Below, in pieces: positions 25,755 through 32,000 of a stretch of DNA of 32,000 nt. Under the pieces are notes generated by a model that was not told the DNA's origin, ran no database searches, and saw nothing but the letters and a program-made list of their open reading frames with translations. The DNA lies in NCBI GenBank assembly GCA_052246995.1, contig JBQPWD010000001.1, forward strand, positions 268,732 to 300,731, written 5' to 3'. The DNA comes from Candidatus Bathyarchaeota archaeon (GTDB lineage Archaea > Thermoproteota > Bathyarchaeia > Hecatellales > Hecatellaceae). Within the stretch, counting starts at the first letter, position 1. Every line of letters starts with the position of its first letter. A program made the translations under genes and the position numbers.

Positions 25755-28700
25755 TTGAGGGAGATAAAAGAGTCCTATGAACCTCTAAAAGTTGAAGAGG
25801 AGATTCGAAAGTTCTGGTTAGAGAACAAAATTTTGGATAAGGTTTACAATTTAAGGAAAGGACATCCCTTTTTTAGGTTTTTAGAGGGTCCTCCAACAGC
25901 TAATGGCTTTATGCATATTGGACATGCTAGAGGCAGAACAATGAAAGATATTGTTTTAAGGTTTAAGTCCATGTGTGGTTTTAACGTTTGGCGTAAAGCT
26001 GGGTGGGACTGTCAAGGTCTGCCTGTTGAAATTGAAGTTGAGAAGAAGCTTAAGCTAAAATCTAAACGTGATATTGAAAGTGTCGGTTTGGATGTTTTTG
26101 TTGAAGAATGCAAAACACTTGTTGAATACTATATAAATCATTGGAGAGGGACATCTGAACGGCTTGCTATTTGGCTTGATTATGACCATGCATATAAAAC
26201 CATGGATGATGAGTATATAGAGTTTGTTTGGTGGTTTATTAAAAAATCGTACGAGAAGGGATTACTTAAAGAGGATTTAAAAGTTGTTCCAACATGCCCG
26301 AGATGTGAAACTTCTCTTTCAAGTCATGAGGTAAGTTTAGGTTACACAGTTGTTTCAGACCCTTCAATATATGTAAAATTCCAGCTTAAGGAAAAGCAGG
26401 ATGAGTATATATTAGTCTGGACAACAACTCCTTGGACTTTGCCAGGAAACGAGGCTGTAACTGTTCATCCTGATGCAGATTATGCTAAAGTTTTAGTTGG
26501 TAGCGAAAAGTGGATTTTAGCTAAAAATCTTGTTGAAAAAGTTATGCGTGAACTTAAGATTGAGAACTTCAAAGTCGTTGAAACTATTAAAGGAGTGGGG
26601 CTTAAAGGTTTAAAGTATATTCATCCCTTACTAGACGAGGTTCCAGAGCATAAAACACACTCCGGACTTTTTGACCATACAATACTGTGTGGTTTGCATG
26701 TAAGCTTAGAGGAAGGTACAGGTTGTGTTCATACAGCTCCAGCCCATGGACCTGAAGATTTTGAAGTAGGCTTGGAGTATGGTATTCAAATTTTCTGCCC
26801 AGTAGACCAGTCTGGATATTTTACGGATAGTGGTGGTAAGTATGCTGGTTTTTACTTCAAGGATGCGGATAATAAAATCATTGAAGATTTAAGGGTCAAA
26901 GGTTTACTTGTTTACGAAGGTAAAATTGAGCATGAATATCCTCTATGCTGGAGATGCGAAACCCCCCTACTTTACAGGGTTGATAAACAATGGTTTCTTA
27001 AGGTTTCAAACTTAAAACAAAAACTTTTAGAGGAAAACAAGAAGGTTTTATGGATTCCACGCTGGGCTGGAGAAAACAGGTTTGGTGAATGGTTGGCTAA
27101 TGCTGAAGATTGGTGTATTTCTAGGGCAAGAATTTGGGGCAGTCCGTTAAACGTTTGGAGATGCAAAAATTGTGGGGCATTAACTATTCCTGGTACAATC
27201 AACGAGCTTAAAAGTTTAGCCAAAAAACTTCCAAGTCGTTTAGAGCTACACCGTCCATGGATTGACGAAGTTACTCTTCTATGTAGTAGATGCGGAGGAG
27301 ATATGTTTCGTGAGCCTTTTGTTGTTGACTGCTGGCTTGACTCGGGGGTTGCTCATAGTGCAAGTATAAATGCTTTAAAGGATGAAGAATTACTTAAAAA
27401 ACTTTACCCATACGATTTCATAACCGAAGCTGTAGACCAAACAAGAGGATGGTTTTACTCATTACTTTCTACAGCAATAATTCTTTATGGTAAGACTCCC
27501 TATCTTAAAGTTTTATGTCAAGGACATGTTGTTGACAAGTATGGACAAAAAATGTCTAAGTCACGTGGAAATGTTGTATGGGTGGAGAATGTACTGCATG
27601 TTTACGGTGCAGATGTTTTAAGAGCATATTTAATATGGAAAGCATCTCCAGAAGCAACCTTAGCTTTTGACCATGAAGAGTTAAACCAAATAAAGCGTAT
27701 GCTAAGCATAATTTGGAACATTTTTGCATTCGCAACAACTTACATGTTACTTGATAATTTCAAACCTTCAGAGTGGCCTATGGAAAAAGTTGTAAAAGAT
27801 TTTAAAGCTGAAGATAAGTGGCTTTTTTCACGTTTCCAAAACGTCATAAAGAACGTTACTGTCTATCTTGAAACTTTAGAGTTAAATAAAGCCTTAAGGG
27901 AACTTTTGGATTTTCTGATTGACGATGTAAGTAGATTTTATATTAGGGTAATTAGACGAAGAACATGGGTGGAATCTAAAGAAATCGATAAATTTGCAGC
28001 TTATGTTACTCTTTACAATGTTTTAATGGATAGTTTAAAGCTTTTAAGCCCATTTACCCCATATATTGCGGAGGCCCTTTATAGATTTTTAGCTGAGGAT
28101 GGCTTAGAAAGCATTCATATGTACGATTGGCCTAAGTTTAATGAAGCATTTTTAGATGAAAAGCTCGAAGAAGACTTTAAAATCTGTAGGGAAGTTATTA
28201 AAGCAACTTCAACTGCAAGACAAAGGAAAAAGTTTAAGCTTAGATGGCCTGTAAACGAGGTCATTATTTCTCCTGTGAATAGTGATGTAATGGAATCTTT
28301 ACTTAGACATACGGAGATTCTTCTAAACCAGGTTAATGCAAAAAAGGTTACAATATTAATGGCTGGAGAAAGACCGAAGTTCTTACGGTTTGAGATCAAA
28401 CCGAAACCCAGTTTAGGCGCAAAATTTAAGGAATTAACCCCAACAATTCTTAGAAGAGTTAACGAAATAAGTAGGGATGAGTTAATAAGAACGGTTTTAG
28501 AGAAAGGCTTTCTTGAAATTAAGATTGACAATAAAAACATTATCCTTACTAGAGAAGACTTTGAAATTTTAGAAGTTCTTCCTGACCACATATCTAAAGA
28601 AAACTTCACATACGGTTCCGTCTTTGTAGATGTAACAAGAACCCCTGAAATTATTGCTGAGGCTTTTGCTAGGGATGTTGTTAGAAGGGCTCAATTAATG

Positions 28701-28931
28701 AGGAAGGAGATGGGTTTGAATGTTGAAGACTACGTTAATGCTTTGATAGGATGTGAAAGCGCTGAATCAATAGAGCTTCTAAAATCTATGGAAAATTACA
28801 TCAAAGCAGAACTTAGAGTTAAACAATTAGATATTGTGAAGATAGAGGATGTTAGGCAAGAAGAAAATGCTTACATCAAAGATTGGGATGTTGAAGATGA
28901 AAAAGTAAAAATTTTGCTGGAAAAAGCTTAA
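25755..28931 (+). CDS. ileS: Isoleucyl-tRNA synthetase
   Basis: 1058 aa with PPTANGFMHIGHA (HIGH), GWDCQGLPVE, the CP1 editing domain (TTTPWTLPGN), KMSKS and several CxxC zinc knuckles. The start is TTG. Confidence 0.95.
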   Translation: MREIKESYEPLKVEEEIRKFWLENKILDKVYNLRKGHPFFRFLEGPPTANGFMHIGHARGRTMKDIVLRFKSMCGFNVWRKAGWDCQGLPVEIEVEKKLKLKSKRDIESVGLDVFVEECKTLVEYYINHWRGTSERLAIWLDYDHAYKTMDDEYIEFVWWFIKKSYEKGLLKEDLKVVPTCPRCETSLSSHEVSLGYTVVSDPSIYVKFQLKEKQDEYILVWTTTPWTLPGNEAVTVHPDADYAKVLVGSEKWILAKNLVEKVMRELKIENFKVVETIKGVGLKGLKYIHPLLDEVPEHKTHSGLFDHTILCGLHVSLEEGTGCVHTAPAHGPEDFEVGLEYGIQIFCPVDQSGYFTDSGGKYAGFYFKDADNKIIEDLRVKGLLVYEGKIEHEYPLCWRCETPLLYRVDKQWFLKVSNLKQKLLEENKKVLWIPRWAGENRFGEWLANAEDWCISRARIWGSPLNVWRCKNCGALTIPGTINELKSLAKKLPSRLELHRPWIDEVTLLCSRCGGDMFREPFVVDCWLDSGVAHSASINALKDEELLKKLYPYDFITEAVDQTRGWFYSLLSTAIILYGKTPYLKVLCQGHVVDKYGQKMSKSRGNVVWVENVLHVYGADVLRAYLIWKASPEATLAFDHEELNQIKRMLSIIWNIFAFATTYMLLDNFKPSEWPMEKVVKDFKAEDKWLFSRFQNVIKNVTVYLETLELNKALRELLDFLIDDVSRFYIRVIRRRTWVESKEIDKFAAYVTLYNVLMDSLKLLSPFTPYIAEALYRFLAEDGLESIHMYDWPKFNEAFLDEKLEEDFKICREVIKATSTARQRKKFKLRWPVNEVIISPVNSDVMESLLRHTEILLNQVNAKKVTILMAGERPKFLRFEIKPKPSLGAKFKELTPTILRRVNEISRDELIRTVLEKGFLEIKIDNKNIILTREDFEILEVLPDHISKENFTYGSVFVDVTRTPEIIAEAFARDVVRRAQLMRKEMGLNVEDYVNALIGCESAESIELLKSMENYIKAELRVKQLDIVKIEDVRQEENAYIKDWDVEDEKVKILLEKA

Positions 28932-28933
28932 CT

Positions 28934-29101
28934 TTACTTTTCTACTGGAAAAATTTCCACATCTTCGATTCTAAATAAAAGTTTTTTGCCGCATTTTGGG
29001 CAAACTCCCCCATTACGCTCAATTATTTCCTCCGGAGATTTAAGCTCTAGACCCCTGTAAAACTCATGTCCACATCCTTTACAAATTATTACTTGAGGCA
29101 T
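28934..29101 (-). CDS. Small zinc-ribbon protein (55 aa), hypothetical
   Basis: Below the ORF-track cutoff. The translation is MPQVIICKGCGHEFYRGLELKSPEEIIERNGGVCPKCGKKLLFRIEDVEIFPVEK. GGGGGT lies 5 nt upstream of the ATG. The gene converges on ileS with a 2-nt gap. Confidence 0.55.
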   Translation of the reverse strand: MPQVIICKGCGHEFYRGLELKSPEEIIERNGGVCPKCGKKLLFRIEDVEIFPVEK

Positions 29102-29145
29102 AAGCAACCCCCACTTTCTTCTTTTTTGTTTTGTGGTATTAATGC

Positions 29146-29160
29146 TTTAAATCATTTAAA
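29146..29160. promoter_or_regulatory. Perfect 15-nt palindrome TTTAAATCATTTAAA; candidate back-to-back TATA boxes in a divergent intergenic region
   Basis: It lies 45 nt from the minus-strand zinc-ribbon start (29101) and 122 nt from the topA start. A second TATA-like TTTTTAAATT at 29208-29217 is nearer topA. Confidence 0.35.
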
Positions 29161-29281
29161 ACTTTACTATCTTTTAGACACTTTTTTAGAGGAATTTTCA
29201 AATAAACTTTTTAAATTTGGCGGCCTACCTTTACAAAGTTATCTTTAACTTATCTTTGCGGCGAAAAAAGACTAAAAATGG

Positions 29282-31405
29282 TTGTTGTTAGGTGAATCGA
29301 GAATATTGAAATCTTCAAGAGAATATACGCTGATTGTTGCTGAAAAACCAGATGCTGCTGAACGTATTGCCAAAGCTTTAAGTCCAAATTTTAAAAAAAT
29401 GGTTAAGTTTAAAATTCCATATTTTGAGCTTAAAGTTGATGGGAAAAAAATCATTGTAGCTCCAACCTTAGGGCATGTTTACACTGTTACCCAGATGAGG
29501 GGTGGAAGAGACTATTATCCTGTTTTCACGTTTAAATGGGCTCCAAGATATTTAAGTGAGAGGGGTGCTAAAAGAACAAGAAGAATCATCGAACTTTTTA
29601 AAAGTTTAAGTGAAAATGCTGTAGAGTTTATTAATGCGACAGATTATGATATTGAAGGTAGTTTAATAGGTTATATGATTTTAAAGTATGCTTGCAACGG
29701 CAAAGAAAAAGAAGCTAAAAGAATGAAGTTCTCAACTTTAACTAGTGAGGAGTTAAGTAACGCTTACAGGAATCTTCTTAATAACCTAGATTTTGAGCTT
29801 GTTGAAGCTGGTAGAACTAGGCATGAGATAGATTGGCTTTATGGTGTAAATCTTTCACGAGTATTAACCTTGTCTGCAAACAAGCAGAATGATAAATATA
29901 ACGTTCTGAGCATTGGTAGAGTCCAAGGTCCAACATTAAAGTTTATTATTGATAGAGAAGTTGAAATCAGAAGTTTTGTACCAAAACCGTACTGGGAGAT
30001 CAAGGCTTATGCAAAAATTGGTGATAAAAGTTGCGAATTAAAGTTTTCTGAGGAAAAGGTGGAGTGTAAAGATGATGCTATAAAGATTGTTAAAAATTGT
30101 TTAGGAAAAACAGGTAAAATTGTAAGGATAGAAGAAAAAACCGTTAAAAGAAACCCCCCCGAGCCATTTGACTTGGGAGCGCTTCAAAGAGAAGCTTATA
30201 GATTTTTTGGTTATAGCCCAAGTAAAACGTTAAGCATTGCTGAAAGGTTATACCTTGATGCGTTAATTTCTTATCCTCGAACATCAAGCCAAAAGCTGCC
30301 TCCAACAATAAATTACAGGGAAATTTTAAGTGAATTGTGTAAAAATAGTGAGTATAAAGAACTAGTTTCTCAACTTATAAGTGAAGAAGAGTTAAAACCA
30401 AGGGAAGGTAGAAAGGCGGATCCTGCGCATCCAGCTATTTATCCAACAGGTAGCATCCCGGAAAAAGAACTTAAAGGTGATGAAGCAAAAATTTATGATC
30501 TGATTGTGAGACGTTTTCTTGCAACATTCGGTAAACCTGCTATTAGATTAAGCACCAAAGTTTTAATAAGTTGTGGTGGATATAATTTCTACCTTTATGG
30601 TGGAAGGATTGTTTACGATGGATGGATTAAATTTTATGAACCTTATGTTGAATTTGAGGAGACAATTCTTCCACCTTTAAAAGTTGGAGACAGTATTTTC
30701 TTAGAGAATGTTGAATATATTACAAAATACACCGAACCTCCTCCTCGCTATAACCCTGCAAGTTTGCTAAAGGTTATGGAGGAAAATAACATTGGAACTA
30801 AAACAACTAGGGCGGAGGTTATCGAAACTCTTTATGGAAGAGGATATGTTATAGGTGAGAGAATGGTTGCAACAGAGCTTGGCTTCTCAATTATTGAAAC
30901 CCTAAGCCAGTATTGTCCAGAGATTATTTCCGTTGATTTAACCAGAAGATTAGAAGAAAAAATGGAAAAAATTGAGAAAGGGTTAGAGAAAAGGAAAAAC
31001 GTTTTAATTGACGCCGTTAAACAATTAAGACCTATTCTTGCTAGGCTAAAATCTGCTGAGGATGAGGTGGGAATTAAGCTTTCAGAGGCAATAAGAGAGG
31101 AGTTTTTAAGAAAAAGGCTTGTAGGTAAGTGTCCAAAATGTGAGGATGGAAAACTCATAATTTTAAGGTCTAGAAAGACGTTTAAAAAGTTTATAGGATG
31201 CTCAAACTTCTTTGCTAAAAAGTGTAATATGGCTTTACCTCTTCCTCAAAGGGCTAATGTCCAAACGACAGAAAAAACCTGTGACGTGTGTGGTTGGCCT
31301 GTAATTATTGTTAAACCGCTGGGAAGCCGGGCGTTTAACACTTGTGTTAATCCTGGCTGTCCCTCAAGGTCTAATACAAACCTAAATCAAACTAATTCTA
31401 CCTAA
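29282..31405 (+). CDS. topA: Type IA DNA topoisomerase (archaeal TopA / topoisomerase III-like)
   Basis: TOPRIM LIVAEKPDAA...ATDYDIEG, the active-site Tyr context LISYPRTSSQ and two C-terminal zinc ribbons (CPKCEDG...C...C and CDVCG...C..PGC). TTG starts at 29282 or 29303 are both possible. Confidence 0.92.
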   Translation: MLLGESRILKSSREYTLIVAEKPDAAERIAKALSPNFKKMVKFKIPYFELKVDGKKIIVAPTLGHVYTVTQMRGGRDYYPVFTFKWAPRYLSERGAKRTRRIIELFKSLSENAVEFINATDYDIEGSLIGYMILKYACNGKEKEAKRMKFSTLTSEELSNAYRNLLNNLDFELVEAGRTRHEIDWLYGVNLSRVLTLSANKQNDKYNVLSIGRVQGPTLKFIIDREVEIRSFVPKPYWEIKAYAKIGDKSCELKFSEEKVECKDDAIKIVKNCLGKTGKIVRIEEKTVKRNPPEPFDLGALQREAYRFFGYSPSKTLSIAERLYLDALISYPRTSSQKLPPTINYREILSELCKNSEYKELVSQLISEEELKPREGRKADPAHPAIYPTGSIPEKELKGDEAKIYDLIVRRFLATFGKPAIRLSTKVLISCGGYNFYLYGGRIVYDGWIKFYEPYVEFEETILPPLKVGDSIFLENVEYITKYTEPPPRYNPASLLKVMEENNIGTKTTRAEVIETLYGRGYVIGERMVATELGFSIIETLSQYCPEIISVDLTRRLEEKMEKIEKGLEKRKNVLIDAVKQLRPILARLKSAEDEVGIKLSEAIREEFLRKRLVGKCPKCEDGKLIILRSRKTFKKFIGCSNFFAKKCNMALPLPQRANVQTTEKTCDVCGWPVIIVKPLGSRAFNTCVNPGCPSRSNTNLNQTNST

Positions 31406-31424
31406 TCTTGGTTGGTGTAAAATT

Positions 31425-31649
31425 ATGGGGGAATGTGTCATTTGTGGTAGGGAATCTTCTGAAGATTTTTGCTATAGACATATGCTTTCCTACCAAAATC
31501 TAAGGAAAACTTTTAACTATTGGAGGAGTGCTATGAAAATAGAGTGGAAAGAATTTCTTGATGAATTAAGAAAAAACCCTAATACGGGAGTTTGGGTTAA
31601 GGAGGTTGTGGACTATCTTCTTAAAAAAGAAGAGGGAAGAAAAATTTAG
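31425..31649 (+). CDS. Hypothetical 74-aa protein with an N-terminal CxxC...C..H knuckle
   Basis: The ATG lies 19 nt after topA, with GGTTGGTG upstream. I recognised no family. Confidence 0.45.
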   Translation: MGECVICGRESSEDFCYRHMLSYQNLRKTFNYWRSAMKIEWKEFLDELRKNPNTGVWVKEVVDYLLKKEEGRKI

Positions 31650-32000
31650 AAAAAAGTTTGGTAAGCCTGTTTCTGAAAAAAGTTATCCTGAAAAATTGTC
31701 GTTCATCTTTCTTATCCTTATAACCGGGTTAGCAATATTTTTTGCTAGTGGAGGAATATATGATTTTTTCCGTAACCCCCCGCCTGTTATAGTTTTGGGT
31801 GAAAGCAGGCTATTGTTTTTTATTCCAGGTGACTTAAGTGTTCAAACAATGGTTGAAAGCATCTTTTCAATGATTATTCTTCTACTAGGTTTTTTAGGCT
31901 TTCTTATGCTTAATAGGGCCAGTAAATCGTATTCCACAAGACAGACAACGTTACTTTTCGCAGTTGGATTAATATTGATTGTTGTCGGGGTTTCATTAAT
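31606..32000 (+). CDS. Membrane protein, truncated by the window end, resembling the eukaryotic OSTC(DC2)/Ost3-Ost6 membrane core
   Basis: Not in the ORF track because no stop falls in the window. The frame is open from TTG 31606 (alternative TTG 31696) to the window edge. It has at least three TM helices. The segments ASGGIYDFFRNPPPV and VQTMVESIFSMIILLLGFLGFLMLNRA parallel ITGGIIYDVIVEPPSV and [26 protein letters not shown] of human OSTC as I recall it. Confidence 0.5.
   Translation, partial: MWTIFLKKKREEKFRKKFGKPVSEKSYPEKLSFIFLILITGLAIFFASGGIYDFFRNPPPVIVLGESRLLFFIPGDLSVQTMVESIFSMIILLLGFLGFLMLNRASKSYSTRQTTLLFAVGLILIVVGVSL

Noticed and set aside
28115-28609. 164-aa antisense ORF in ileS (also 26972..27223, 27556..27738 and 30832..31158 in topA)
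   Set aside because: These are shadow ORFs inside long conserved genes.
29066-29248. 60-aa plus-strand ORF in the zinc-ribbon/topA spacer (also 29272..29454 on the minus strand)
   Set aside because: It overlaps the better-supported small zinc-ribbon gene and promoter region, and its composition is low-complexity.
1-32000. Scan for CRISPR arrays, IS elements, integrases, toxin-antitoxin or other defence systems, inteins, and in-frame TGA/TAG recoding in the redox genes
   Set aside because: I found no direct-repeat arrays or long repeats, and no transposase, integrase or nuclease-type ORFs. ileS, topA and aglB have normal lengths without intein-like inserts. hdrB, hdrC and the mtr genes have uninterrupted frames.

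Overview
AT-rich archaeal chromosome segment, roughly one-third G+C by eye, but its structural RNAs are GC-rich, which suggests a thermophile. The left 12 kb is a dense methanogenesis or methane-metabolism block. It holds the mtrEDCBA(F) methyltransferase operon (minus strand), a stand-alone minimal mcrD-like gene with a small unknown partner, and a divergent operon of two tandem twin-ABC ATPases (an A2 paralog plus canonical atwA), ycaO and a Cys-rich gene, followed by hdrCB. The remaining 20 kb is housekeeping. It carries an intron-containing tRNA-Val(GAC), speH-speE, an orphan 5S rRNA, DUF1512, map, coaD-like PPAT, fap7, an Sm-like protein, arcTGT, rpoP, the rpl44e-rps27e-aIF2alpha-nop10 cluster, aglB, pop5, a C/D box sRNA, ileS and topA. 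A truncated membrane ORF at the right edge resembles eukaryotic OSTC/Ost3. I saw no CRISPR array, IS element, prophage or recognisable defence system. The points most worth a second look are listed below.
- The MCR maturation/activation locus, including a ycaO with no tfuA beside it.
- Two genes whose conserved or open N-terminal coding sequence has no ATG/GTG/TTG start, against a background of very frequent TTG starts.
- The OSTC-like ORF at the right edge.
- An unannotated C/D box sRNA.
- Three small zinc-ribbon genes below the ORF-track size cutoff.
All family assignments come from motif recognition by eye and recall, not from database searches.
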